61,625 nucleotides of DNA, filler included, from Sphacelaria rigidula (GCA_964200075.2; 10 parts of 10 records of this genome joined end to end with filler, not necessarily neighbours in it), one strand, 5' to 3'; positions 1-12,499 are shown, numbered from the whole stretch's first letter. The notes: generated by a model from the letters alone, not told the origin. Made by a program: numbers and translations.

Positions 1-105
1 CCCCGCGCGCGCGCGCCCCCACCACTGTTTTCGGCCGCCTGTCGACATTGTCATTTTGTGTGTGTGCGTTGTTTGTTCGTGTGTTCTGGCTCAAATTCCA
101 TGCAG

Positions 106-3100
106 GTCATGGCGAGGATGTGGGTGCGCAACGGTGGGGATACTCAAAACCAAGCGGTACGTTGTCTTAATACTTGACATATACACACACCTACGACAAA
201 TAAGAAACAAAACACCGTCCTTTTTTTTCCTTCTTTGTGTAAAGATAAAGTTTTAGATATGCATGATTATTTGCGTCGACCCAGTCAGTGCACGCGTAGG
301 GTATGCACCTCAAAAGGTATGCACATTACAAGTAGAACGGAGGTGCTGGTAAGAATGCAGTGTTGAGCGATGCGTGACCCCCCACACAGGCGTCCCATAC
401 TTTCATCCAGGGTGGAGGGGGGTTCACGAGCGTGTCGAGTATGACTACGCAACAGTCGTTTTGCCCTCAAAATCGGGTCGTATAAATTGAATGGCTATAC
501 TTTGGACCAAAACAGCACACGTTTATTTTTATAGAACGACTCGAATTGTCGTCGTCGTCATCATCGTTGTTGTTGTTGTCGTTTTTGTTGTCATTGTCGC
601 CCTTTGCTCGTGAGTTGCTTTTTTTTGACACTGCTGTCTGCCGTTTCTACCGTCCTGCCCTGTGTTTTTGCGTGTGTGTGTGTGTGTGTGTGCGTGTTTC
701 GATGTGTTTTCGCCTTTGCTTGGGTTGGTTGGGGGACGGGGGGGGGGGGTTCAGACAAGCTACGCGTCTCCATCGCTTTGTCGGCATATGCGTGACCTAG
801 ACATGACGGCCCTCCAGACGGGGTGCCTCAACCTCGGGGCCGAGTGGTTCCTCGGACTGGTGCTTAACAAGTTCCATCTGGAAGAGTGAGTTTACCTATT
901 TATTCATTTTTCTCTTCCCTTTTCTCTCCTTTCCTTTGATTTCCTGATTTAGTTCTTGTGTCCTCCATATATATTTTCTCCCTTTTTCTTTCTTGTTTTA
1001 TTGCTTTCTTATTTTCTTGCATTTTTTTTTTTTAATGTTTCTATTTCATGGTCGCTCACTCTATGCTTCTATTGGCCGCACGAGATATCTGTGCCTTAAT
1101 CTGTCTCCAATCGATCTTTCGTACTCTTGGAGGATTGAAGCGTATACATTGTATTGGTGACTAATGGCCCCCTCTATCGCAGAGGATATACACCGAATAC
1201 TCGTATCGTCGACGTATATATCGATATATGTCTCTGGGGTGTCATCATCTGTACGTAGTAGTGTGACACTCTCTAAATACCACCCCGGGAAGATGACTAG
1301 TTTTTCGGGGAAGCTATCACCACTGGGCACGTACACACCGTCATCTCAGTGACCCCCCGCCACTTGTCCCCCTTCGCCCACCGTGGCACCACTGACGACG
1401 ACTTGCCATCGGACATGCACCATCCAGGTGGCTGCTGTATCCCGTGTTCGACGCAGCGCACGTTCAGCTCCTACAGCAACAGCAGCTCCACCACTACAAC
1501 ATCGCCGACGCTACCACCGTCGCCGCCTCCGCCAATAGCAACTCTAGCAGCAATGCAGACCAGTTCGGTATGGCACTACCACCAGTAGCCCCCGGCAGCA
1601 GCAGTAGCAGCAGCAACAGCAACGAGGTCATCAGTGGTCACAATAATCAGCCGCCACCGACGACATCGTTGCTTACACAGGCCCTCGCAGCTAGAACTAC
1701 ATCCACCGCCGCTGGTACTGTCGCCGGTACCGCCGCCGGCAACACCGCCGGCACTACAGCTGCTGCTGCCGGTGGCGCCGGCGCCTCCAACACGTCTCCC
1801 TCTGGCACCTTCGTCTTGCCAGAAGGCGCTACGTTGATTTCCGATCTTCCTGCCGGATTGCCCCAGGGATTCTCGGGGCTTCAAGATCTGGCGGCGGTGG
1901 CAGCGGCAGCGGCGGCGGGAGTGGGCGGAGTCGAGATGCCGCAAGGTGTGTTGTCTATCGGGGATCTTGTTGGGGTACGAAAGTATATTGTAAGCCGCAA
2001 AATGAGCGGGCGGGGGTGTATGGGCGTGAGGGCCCGTTTGTTTCATAAGTGACGGTTTTTTTTGCTGTTGTCGTAGAGTGCATACTGAGTGCGGTCTTGT
2101 ATATGGTATCTTCGTGTTCGTTCCGAACCGAACCTCTGATGAAGAAATATATATATATATATATATATATTATTGGAATTATTTTAATTTTAATTTCATT
2201 CCTCGGAATTTGCTCACACGACAAGGAAAGAGTTGACAACAAGAGCACATGTACTCAAACTCAAAAGAGCGACAAAACCGTGGACCCAAAACAAATGCTG
2301 TTTGTTTGTCTGTCTGCCTGTCTGCCTGCCTACCTACCCACCTGCCTGCATGCATGCCTGTCTTCCTGTCTGTCTTGTCGTTGTCTTGTACCCGCCGACC
2401 CACACCCTTCTTCTTCGTTCTCTTCTTTCCCCCAACACCGCCCCCGGCAATACCAACGCTAGCGCAATCACATCCACGACGACGCACGGTTGATAATGAC
2501 CCCGACGTGATATCGGCGGGGGCACGGCTGCTCCTGGCGGAGGAGTGCTTGACTTTCATTATCGCCTTGCTCACGGAGCTACCCAGGCCGGCGGGGAGGG
2601 CCTCTACTCGAGAGGCTCTGCGGCGGGAGATAGTGCACCGCTTGGCCAGCTCGGAGTGCACGCACAGCGAGGTGTCAGCGGTGATGGCGAACATGGCCGA
2701 GGTGGGCATGTTTTTGTTTGTTGTGGAGGGGGGGGTTGTCGTGCTCATATCTGACCCGCCACGCTCCTACCTTTCCTCACTGGAGGTGTTCGTAGCGTCG
2801 GAGGATTATCATGTCATCGTTCCCCCCCGGTGATGTAGAGTACTGGGCGCCTTGGCGAATTTTTTCCACAAGGGATTTTTCTCGCGTACACTCTTCGATA
2901 AAACTTGAAAGTGCTAGCATCGGTATATTTTATTAAATAAACAGATCTTCTCACCAAAATCCTACTGATTTGTATCTTACAATACAAAACATTAACAGTG
3001 GTTTTTCAATATAATNNNNNNNNNNTTTTTTCCCGCGCACACTCTTCGAAAAAACTTGAAAGTGCTAGCATCGGTTTTTTTTTTTAAAAAAACAGATCTT

Positions 3101-4493
3101 CCCCCCCCCCCCCCCCCCCCCTCAGTGCCTGGTCCGACGAAAACCCGGCGTGGTCCGTCCAGGCTTTGTAGGGATGCGAGGTCATCTTATGACTATGGCA
3201 TCAATGATCATGAGTAAACCCCCTCCCCTCCCCACTGCCTGAGTTAGTGTTAGTTGGCTTTATCGGGCGACACCAGTAAATACCCTGTTTATCAGGAGGG
3301 TGTTATTGACCATGACACAGTTTTCCGACTCTAGTGCAATGAGTAAATAGAAATATGAAGACATACAACTGTACATTTGTTCACAAATACGATCGGGACA
3401 GGCTCGACCTATCGAAAGTACCGAAGAGTCAGAATCTGGGCTGAAACGTGTCAGAACTCCCAATGACCGGTCAGCCCGTACGTCGCTCGATATTGAGTAC
3501 AGATTTTTTTTTTTCTTGGAATGTGGAGTAGATACAGGTATCTTCAGATCCCCAATGTGATGAGCGATGGCAAGCGAAAAAACCTCAGAAAATCGTCAAT
3601 GACGAAGAAACTACCAAATGATTAGTTCAGACGCCCAGTACTCTATCTTCCTCATACCTTTTTTTCGTCAGGTATTAGATTTATCAGCTCTCGCCCGCGG
3701 CCCTTCGATTTTCACCGAAGCATGAGTGCCCTGCCCTGCCTTATCCCGACTTGTTCGGTATACCGACCTATGCAGTTTTCGTATTTTGACTTACTCACCT
3801 CTTTTTGGCCCGCGTGACATCTATGTAACCGACGATTCTTTCTTTTCTGTTCGATCTTGAGCCGTGCGTATACGTGTATGTTTGTGTCTGTATATATGTA
3901 TGGATATATTGCTCACGTGTTTGAGTCATACTACGATAGGGGGGGGCAGATCTTCGATTTCACGAAAAAATGGGCTCATGGGTGCGTCAGACGACCCAAC
4001 ACACTCGCGGCGCGCTTGTATTTGGGTAGATGCGGTGTCGAACAGTATGAAAGAGCGTTACAATTCGGAAGCAAGCACGTTCGAACAACCGTTGCTGCGA
4101 TCAACAATGATTGCAAGTAGAATTTTGGTGGGAAAAAAGGGCCTAAAATAACCCCCCCTCTCTATTGTAGCATGACTCGTTTGTAGAACCCCGCCTTCAG
4201 GGGTGCATCCTTTTCATGTTCTTGGGCGTATTGTTTCACCCTTGGCATAGAGGAGCTGTACGCCATTTACTTGCCAAACAAACACTTTTTCCCGTAACCT
4301 GCTGTACTTTGGTGTCGGGTACAGTTTCCCCCCGCAAACCCAACGAGCAAGCCTTTCGCAATTTATCTTGCGTGTGTTTGTGGTTTTTATTGGTCATTTT
4401 CCACTAAAGGGATTTGTTCGCGTCGACTGTATAGTTAGTTAGCACCTGGATGAGGGCAATATCTTGACCTCTGTAACAACCTACACTCTCGTG

Positions 4494-4538
<45 letters not shown>

Positions 4539-5940
4539 TTTATTGACTTCCTTTGTTGCCTTGTTGAATATATAAAGGCGGTTTTCGTGTACGCTTTCTC
4601 ATGCTTGTACTTCCTCTGTTGCGCAAGATAAGCCCGTGGTGAAATATTGCGACAATGTACCCAATACAGTTATTTCGACATACGGACCTCCAACATGTCT
4701 TGCACACATGGTTGCCATTATGCAAAAAAAAAAAAAAGTGATCACATGTTATCATTCCCGCGGTGAAAAAATCACAAAGTGGGCTTATGTAGTGAGATTT
4801 TCCGAAGGAGAGTCAGAGTCTTGGAAGAACTTCGGCTCAATGTGCGATACGGAGGGTACAAGGAACCTTTTTTCGATGCTCAGACCCACGGTAGGGTGTT
4901 TCAAGGTGTTGGGGACATGTGTGAGAACAAGAAGACCCTCCAGACCCGGAGATAACATGATATTGTCCCCGGGATGGGTGCGTATACCCCCGAATCCGGT
5001 ATGTACGGACTGCTGCGTGCTCAAATAGTGCTGTGGTGGTGGCAGACTGAAAAATGACGGTTTCGGGCGGTTCTCCGAAACGCCTGGGGAACCATGAAAA
5101 AATACGTTTCTTTACGAATCGATGGGAAGGCTGACAACCGGTAGATTTTGGTTGTGCACGACCGACGCACTTTGATCGCCGTGAGTGTAGCTGCTTGTCT
5201 ATTGGGGGCTCGGCAAGAGCCTCGGTTTTGAGTTCTGCTCCTTGAATTTTTTTCACGAGAATGACAAAAAAAACGCTCGGGAAAAGCCGAAAATACGCAC
5301 GAGAAATGCGGCAAAACCTCCAAACGGGCTTATCTTGTGGGACAGAGGAAGTACATGATTTGTTTTTGTTCAGCGTTATCGAAACGAGCGTCCAGGACAC
5401 TACTCTTTTTGGGTTTTCATCCATTTTCATCCAACGGTACCCTTTTTGTGCTGCAACCACCAATAAATCTGCCCCCCTTTCCGTTGCCCACCCCCCTCCC
5501 CCTTCGCGTGCGCGCCTTCCTCCGTTCCCACTCGCTATTCCTTCTATTATGAACACACACACACATACACGAACGAAACAACACATGGCCTCGGACAAAC
5601 GGAAACACGAAAATAAAAAATCTTGGGCCGTGACACAAATGCACACGCACACGCACGCACATACACACAGCCCGATCCGGAGGACTTCCTCGACGACGTC
5701 TTGCACGAAGTGGGCGAAATCAGAGACCCCAGCAGCGCGTCGCGCGCCAACGCCTCCCCAATCGGTACTAGTTCCGCCGCCGCCTCTGGCGCCGACGCTG
5801 TCGCGACGGGAGCGGCAGCAGCGATAGCAGCGGCAGCGGGGGGTGGGAGCGGCAGCGGAGCCACAAAGTATAGCCTCAAGGCGTCTGCCGACGGAGAGTA
5901 TGATCCCACGTTCGTCCGCCTCAACAGGACGGAGCATCAG
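106..5940 (+). CDS. UBR1/PRT6-family N-recognin E3 ubiquitin ligase, internal fragment; exons 106-156, 755-885, 1428-1945, 2463-2701, 5671-5940
   Basis: Five AG/GT-bounded exons join with matching phases. The spliced product carries UBR1-family motifs in the expected order: MWVRNG, DLDMTALQ...KFHLEEW, EECLTFIIALLTEL...LRREIVHRLASSECTHSEV, and LDDVLHEVG...KYSLK...EYDPTF. Confidence 0.85.
2836..3645. mobile_element. Intronic non-autonomous TIR element with hAT-like TAGAG termini
   Basis: Perfect 14-bp inverted repeat TAGAGTACTGGGCG (2836-2849) / CGCCCAGTACTCTA (3632-3645). No ORF and no matching target-site duplication. Contains an assembly gap and a nested repeat. Confidence 0.5.
3124..3223 (-). 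repeat. Dispersed repeat family A (GGGGTGTACTCA-headed), partial copy
   Basis: Reverse complement matches 30011-30210 and 56341-56537. Confidence 0.75.
4495..4535. repeat. (CA)n microsatellite
   Basis: Read directly from the sequence. Confidence 0.95.
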
Positions 5941-6073
5941 GTAGGCTTGTGTTTGGGCCCGGCTAGGAAACTGGGGAGGGGCGGGGGGGGGGGGGGGATG
6001 AGACGGGAATCTCCACCGGCGGTTTTTTTGCTACGTTTGGGGCCCTCCCCTTTTCCCCCCGTGCGAAAGGGGG

Positions 6074-6173
6074 NNNNNNNNNNNNNNNNNNNNNNNNNNN
6101 NNNNNNNNNNNNNNNNNTTAATTAATTAANNNNNNNNNNNNNNNNNNNNNNNNNNNNNNNNNNNNNNNNNNNN
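6074..6173. other. Artificial contig spacer N44-TTAATTAATTAA-N44; also at 12247-12346, 18420-18519, 24593-24692, 30766-30865, 36938-37037, 43110-43209, 49282-49381, 55454-55553
   Basis: Nine identical 100-bp spacers with stops in all six frames separate segments of 6073 or 6072 bp in descending length order. Confidence 0.98.
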
Positions 6174-6280
6174 CAACCCCCCGAGCTCTGGAACCCCCCG
6201 AGCTCTGGAACCCCCCGGATTTCTCCGGACTGTCAGCCTGTACAACTGTTCCGAGGCGACGCTCGTCGTCCAAGGGTTAA

Positions 6281-6381
6281 CGCTTAGACCGCGAGGGTAG
6301 TCCATCTGGACTATGCATACTTTTTTGGAGTGAAAATTGATGCCGATTCAACAGGTGACCGACTCTCGCTGTCCAGAATGG
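6281..6381 (-). mobile_element. ~100-bp piggyBac-like MITE, degenerate copy
   Basis: Follows GGG|TTAA. Homologous to 10335-10443 and to the reverse complement of 9623-9724. Confidence 0.55.
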
Positions 6382-7803
6382 TTGGCAAACTGAAGATGTA
6401 CCTGGACAGAATCTGCTGAATTAAATTAGCGGGCGAAGCCTGCATCAAAATTCAGACCTCCCACACCAAGATGATGAGGTAACCCAAGGTGAATTGAAAA
6501 AAACGCGGCTACGGTCGAACGCTCAAACTCGGCACTGGCCCAAATTCAAGACCTGTCCACGATCAGACGCGGGACTCAGGCATGGTACACGTCCTGTTTC
6601 ACTTTTTCACTGTACCGCAGCAAAAACACTCAAGCTTGTCTCATGTGTTGGAGCTTCCCCTGTCTGCTCTGTTGTGGTGTGTTCACGCATTGCGAACACG
6701 GTTTGGATTGCATGGGCTGCGGTATCGTCGTTGTCTTCATCTCTGCAGGAAACAATGTCAGTCGGCACGCAGTGCTGGCCGCACACTGTGGACAGCTTCG
6801 TGGGTGTGTTGACTGTTTCGTCTTCGGTAAGACGAACGACGCGTCGCCGTTGCTGCGACGCTCCTGCTGGTGCCGTGCATTGGGCGCCTGTACAGTACTG
6901 TACCGTACTACTGTATTGTGTTCAGTGTACAATACTGTATTATCTACCATACTGTATTGGGTTGAAACGCGCCACGAGTTCGACCGCACGAACACTTGGT
7001 TTTAGAGTCCTCCCCTGGCGATTCCCAAGCGAAATGGAGCGATCTAATTGGTAAGTTACCAAGCGAATCTGTCCCGCTTCCAATGCAGTCTGCCAGATTA
7101 CCAATTAGAACGCTCCATTTCGCTTGGGAATCGCCAGGGGTGGACTCTAAAACCAAGTGTTCGTGTTCGTGCACCAGGGGAGTACTCTAAAACCAAGTGG
7201 TGTGCGGTCTAACTCATAGCGCGTTTCAGACAAATACGGTGCCGTAAATAATACAATATTGTACACCGAACATAATACAATAGTACGATACAGTACAGGC
7301 GCCCAACGCACGGCACCAGCAGGGGTGTCGCAGCAACGAACAGCGCCTTGTTCGTCTTACCGGAGACGAAACAGTCAACTCACCCATGAAGCTTTCAACA
7401 GTGTGCAGCCAGCACTGCGTGCCGACCAACATTGTTCTCTGGAGAGACGAACACAACGACAATAATATCGCAGCTCATGCAATCCAAACCGTCGTCGCAA
7501 TGCGTCAACACACCCACAGCAGAACAGACAGTGGAAGCTCCGACACATGAGAGAGGCTTGAGTGTTTTTGCTGCGGTACAGCAGTGAAACGGGACGTGTA
7601 CCATGTTTGAGTCCCCCGTCTGATCGTGGACAGGTCTTCAATTTTGGGCCAGTGCCGACTTTGAACACTCGGCCACAGTCGCGCTTCTGTCAATTCACTT
7701 TGGATTACCCTACTCTTCGTGTGGGAGGTTTGGCTCGTGATGCGAACTTCGCCCGCTAATTTAATCAAGCAGATTCTGTCCCGGTACATCTTCGATTTGC
7801 CGA
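6382..7803. repeat. ~1.4-kb imperfect inverted repeat (fold-back) made of two copies of a dispersed repeat
   Basis: 6382-~7017 is the reverse complement of ~7174-7803. An inner, closer-matching pair lies at 6984-7054 / 7098-7165. The ORF track shows mirrored peptides on both strands. Confidence 0.9.
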
Positions 7804-9120
7804 ATGATCAAAGCCACTCTCAGTCAGCGCTTTACAATCAAATCCCACGAAAAAGCTGCTATATCTGAAACCCGTATCGGATGCCTCATCCATGACAAGA
7901 CGTACCGGATGCCTTATCCAGAAGAATCTGATGCCTTATCCACGAGAAACTCGAGAGCCGAGTACGTCCAGAAAGTGAGAACGCGCCCTTAGAAGGAAAG
8001 TCATTGTGGCGTTTTTCTTCTTTTCTTTTTCTCCCTTCTAATTGATGACCCATCAGCTCTTGACCAAGAAAAAAGGAAACCTTCCCACCCCACCCACCAC
8101 CCCCTCCTCCCTCTCTCTTCACCCTTCCTCATTTCCTTTTCTNNNNNNNNNNTTTTTCTTACGCCCACCCAACACAACAACTCAACCCCAACAACAAACC
8201 AAAAAAAACCCCCCCCCCCCCCCCCCCCCCCCCATCATTCTAACTTACTCTCACGACGCGTTTTCGCTTTTCTTGTCTCGTTGAAACGTGGCCTGGTGAA
8301 GAGAGGGTTGAAGGGCCAAGTACACAAGGCGGCGTCAAACGTAGACCCGCTGACGCGGACCGTGAGGGCGGTCTATCCCAGTTAAGCTGCAATCTACCCC
8401 ATGGTTGAAAACACTTGACAACTATTGCATATTCTGCGGCAATGTTTTTTTCGCCGGAGGCGAAATGTTTTTGAGGGGGGTGTTACTCTTCGCCACGAGG
8501 CTCATACTGTCGAAATGGCCCCATTTTGAAAAATCTCGGCGTCTTTTTGAAAGGAAACCCCCCAAAAAATTGCGCCGCGGGGCCCTGCGGGGGGCCGCAT
8601 GTCACCTTGGGCTCCCGCCTGCGGAGTTTTTCTAAACGTGCTGACCACGAGCTCTACGGAAGAGCCGATTTTCGTTGTTGACAGTCAAACCAAGTGATTT
8701 TTTCAAAACATGGGTGGATTGTACGAAGCCCACCTGAGCGTGAACTCTACTGCAGACCGGCGGGGGCGGAGAAAAAAAACATGAACGCGGCGAAATAGAA
8801 GAGAAATCCCGCCAAACGCGGCGAAATACCATGATGAGCATATACCGCGATATCATGAGGGCCATTCCCTTTGGCCGCCGTAGGTGATCCACTGGCATAA
8901 TTGGCATCACATTCAGTCCTTTTTCAAGCGAAAGTAGTGCTGATTCCGCTGGTGGACCACCTCCGACGGTCGAGAGGTTGACGAGACAAAAAAACGAAAA
9001 AACAGTGAGAGGGCGTGTCTTACCAGCTGGCGCGGCCTAGACGCGGACTTAAGCTCTCAAAGCACCATTTCATCGACACAGACGAATTGGGCCGTGATCC
9101 GCACATCATATTCACTGTAA

Positions 9121-9352
9121 CCCTCTTGGCACCCTCTCCCCCCACAATCGTGTGTTGGTAGCAGGTGTCAATCAGTTTTGTTTTCAAGTCGAAATGATGC
9201 CAATTTACACCTTGTGAATTGGCACCATTTTGACTTGAAAACAAAATTAATCGACACCTGCTACCACCACACGATTGTGGGGGGAAAGTGGGGAAAAGTG
9301 ACACAAACACAAACATACTCGTACCATTGCGGGGAGTCCGGTCCCAAAAGGG
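9121..9352. mobile_element. piggyBac-like MITE containing a ~147-bp internal hairpin (9138-9284)
   Basis: GTAA|CCCTCTTGGCACC...GGTCCCAAAAGGG|TTAA termini. Internal arms of about 71 bp with a 3-nt loop. A similar terminus recurs at ~16909. Confidence 0.6.
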
Positions 9353-9622
9353 TTAACCCCTTCACGGTTAGGACGAATCATCACGGGTTCGAATCACCAA
9401 ATCCACGATGTCTTCGGCCTGACTGTCCAAACGGGAGAAAAGAGTTGACCGCTGGTGAAAGGGGTGTCCACGCAACTTTTGAGCCATTCCACGTATCTGG
9501 GCTGGGTGTACCTGGGTTGCAACACTGAAAACAAAGCCTAGGGATTGATTCGTACGATTCGAATCGAAGACACTAACACCAACTACTTTCCAGACGAATC
9601 ATTGATTTGTCCGACCCTTGAA

Positions 9623-9724
9623 CCCTTTGACCGCGAGGGTAGGTCACCTGCTGAATCGGCATCAATATTCACTTGAAAAAAGTTTGCTTGATCAACATGG
9701 ACTACCCGCATCGCAGTCTAAGGG
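9623..9724 (+). mobile_element. ~100-bp piggyBac-like MITE
   Basis: TIRs CCCTTTGACCGCGA / TCGCAGTCTAAGGG flanked by TGAA / TTAA. Three copies in this contig. Confidence 0.65.
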
Positions 9725-9775
9725 TTAATAGTCTGATCAAGAGGAAGGTGCCCATCTGCTCAAAAGTCTCTCTCT

Positions 9776-10132
9776 GTGTGTCTTGTCGCCCCTTCTATTC
9801 TGGGCGCCGGTCTACACCTTTCGGTATATGTGAGCGGACCAGCCGGGGTCACACAGGAGGAAGGTCAACATAGGAGCTCTTCCTTCTTCACTCTTGTTTA
9901 GTTCTCCATGTTCCTTCTGCGGTGCATGCCTTCATTTTTATCGCGAGAGGGGTTCAGCAGACCCTTTCCCTCGTCGACCGTTAAGTCGAGTTGTGTGTAC
10001 CCACGACAGAGTCGCTCTCCACTGTTGGGCATGGTGTGAGAAAAAAATCCCAGATCGCTCCGAGATTTGAACACACGACCCAACCGTCAGAAGATTTCGA
10101 GGTTACCAACTGAGCCACCAGGGGCGACCGGC
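9776..10132 (-). mobile_element. tRNA-derived SINE, copy 1
   Basis: Minus-strand head GCCGGTCGCCCCTGG with A-box TGGCTCAGTTGG and B-box GTTCAAATC. About 355 bp of homology to 12807-13161 on another contig. Confidence 0.75.
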
Positions 10133-10334
10133 TTAAAGTTGAAGTGCGACCATCAATCAAGTCAAATCGAGTAAATGAATCGTTTCAGTTCCCGAATGCC
10201 CTTCCACGAGGCCCGATACGCTTTCTGTAGTAGCTTGCCACCGCGGCCCTTGATATCCCCGAGTAGGATATCGACGTGTAGCTGTAAGCACACGCCAGTG
10301 AGAAAGTCTAGACCGTTTTTTTCTCGTTGATGAA

Positions 10335-10443
10335 CTCTTTTAGACCGCGGTGCGGATAGAGTGGCCCATCTGGATCATGCATCATTTTTTCAAGTGACTG
10401 TTGATGCCGATTCAGCAGGTGACCTACCCTCGCGGTCAGAGGG
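10335..10443 (-). mobile_element. ~100-bp piggyBac-like MITE, inverted copy of 9623-9724
   Basis: Flanked by TGAA / TCAA and followed at once by another CCCC-starting segment. Confidence 0.6.
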
Positions 10444-12499
10444 TCAACCCCATGTTGAGTAATTCCTTCACGGTTCAGAGATAGCGTCCGTGCTAGAAGT
10501 CTACAAAATATAAAACCCCGGAAGATATACAGAGCGGATGATGGCGATTTTGGTGTGAACATTCCCTGGAGCACGGGGAAACGATCGATATCCCCACCTT
10601 CGCCTAGTTCATCTATCTCGAGATATGGCGCACATAACGATTCATTCTAAAATCAATATATTACGAGCAGAGGCACTAAATGCGATAAATCTGGATATCG
10701 CGTTCCAGTTCTTGAGAGTTATGGTTTGAAATTTTGTGCGGAGAATCGCCAGTGGATGACCAACAAAACACATTATTTTTATTAATTTTTTCTTTCTTTT
10801 TTCTCGTTTTTCGGGGGAGTTTCAAGGGAAAATGGACACTGCTCTCGGACCTCGTCTCGGTTTTTCAGCTCAATTTTTAGAACCATGATTTGGAACTTAT
10901 GATGGAGAATCGCAATCGCATGCCGAAGAAAAAGAGTGAGCCTTCACTTTTTTTTGGAGAGGTATGGGCGTTCTCGTGAAAATATGGTATTTATATCAGT
11001 GAAATGTCCTACACAGGTGAGAAAAAATGAGAATCAACATTTCTCACTTTTTTTGGTACATAATGGCCTAGTGAGGTCCCGCACAAAGTTTCAAAACACA
11101 AGTACGAAACCTGGGCCGGTACATGGTCTGAAAAATATTGTTCCGAATTCCGCCCGGCTCGGTTTCGAAATCGCCCTGCCTCAGGCCACTTCTTATAGAT
11201 TGTAAAGAGTCGTTTTGGTCAGTTTCCGGACACTTTTTTCAAAACGCGACCTTTTACCCGTAGGGCCATTTTTCATTAAAAAAAGTCTCTGGAAACTAAC
11301 GACCGTTCCCAGACAGCGAGATTTTCCCCAAATCTCTCTGAGAAAAGTCGTTAGTTCCCAGAGACTTTTCTCTGTTTGGAAAGTGACGTTCCATCACACA
11401 CTCCTCGCACACCGCACCCGCAATGGTACAGTCAGTGCTCGATCACACACTCTTCGCATACAAGTGTAATACGGTCAGTGCAAATGTAGCTATGCATATT
11501 GTATGTACAGTGCCGTAGCAACAGCATGGCTGCTGCAGCACTCCGCGCATCCTCTTCGTGGCCGTAGGATCAGGGACAGACAGCACAGGGAGTACAGTGT
11601 TTTTTCGCCGGCAGCGTTACTACTGTAAAACACAACGGTGTTGCCCCTGCTGGCTGTGCATTAACTCCTCGTATCGTTTCATGCTCGTCCTGCCCGCCAC
11701 CGATTGTGAACTCTGTAAAAAGTAGTAGACTGAGTTTGTTTGACGTGAGTTGACGCGGTGCGGGAGTACTGATAGTCATTACCCAACCCGCGAGACCAAA
11801 ATGCAAGGTGTGTACCGGGGAATGGGTTGATCCCTTGAGACCACGGACTGATCCCGAGGAAGGGGAGGGGTTCAAAGTGTGACGTAAAAAAAAGTAGTCT
11901 TCTGTGCAATGAGGCGGTTGCTGCCGCATCATTGACTGTCACGTGCGTTTGTTGTGTGCGGTTCGGCACAAACCGTACTGCTGCACACTGCTGCACTGCT
12001 TGCGACACTATTACCACTGTACCACGCGACCGTCGGCTGAAGTAAGGGTTGATACGCCTGTCATTTCGATATAAATTTATACCAGTAGCTACTGTGTGCG
12101 TGTGTGTGTTCGTGTTGTGTATTTTGTGTCATGTTTTGCCGTAACACATGTCGTGTACGTGCGCGAGGTTACGTGTAGTTTACCGAGCAATGCTACGGTG
12201 GGGGTGCACTTTTTTCGCGATTTTTTTTCTGGTTCAGGGGCTCCTANNNNNNNNNNNNNNNNNNNNNNNNNNNNNNNNNNNNNNNNNNNNTTAATTAATT
12301 AANNNNNNNNNNNNNNNNNNNNNNNNNNNNNNNNNNNNNNNNNNNNAACAGACTGGATGAAACTTTCGGTCTTCGTCATAACCCTGCGGTTACATACGCG
12401 GATTTTCAGCAACACGCCACTGTTTCGTGCAGACGCCAGACACATCATTCCTGACCAGCCTCATCGTTCTGGAGGCCCGGTCCAAAAAGGGTCAAGGGC

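Noticed and set aside
2872..3100. Direct repeat on both sides of the N gap at 3017-3025
   Set aside because: Typical overlap artefact at a scaffold gap, followed by a poly-C run.
4837..5937. 366-aa minus-strand ORF
   Set aside because: Antisense shadow of the UBR exon and CA-rich intron; no protein-like motif.
6118..6129. Regularly spaced TTAATTAATTAA motif and ORFs ending ...XXXLIN
   Set aside because: Artificial linker inside N runs; not biological.
6494..7789. Paired Cys-rich ORFs on opposite strands suggesting a sense/antisense gene pair
   Set aside because: They arise from the inverted repeat, and reading frames are not conserved between the arms.
10055..10132. tRNA gene on the minus strand (also ~13085-13161)
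   Set aside because: A and B boxes are present but there is no complete cloverleaf, and homology between copies continues about 280 bp beyond the head, as expected for a SINE.
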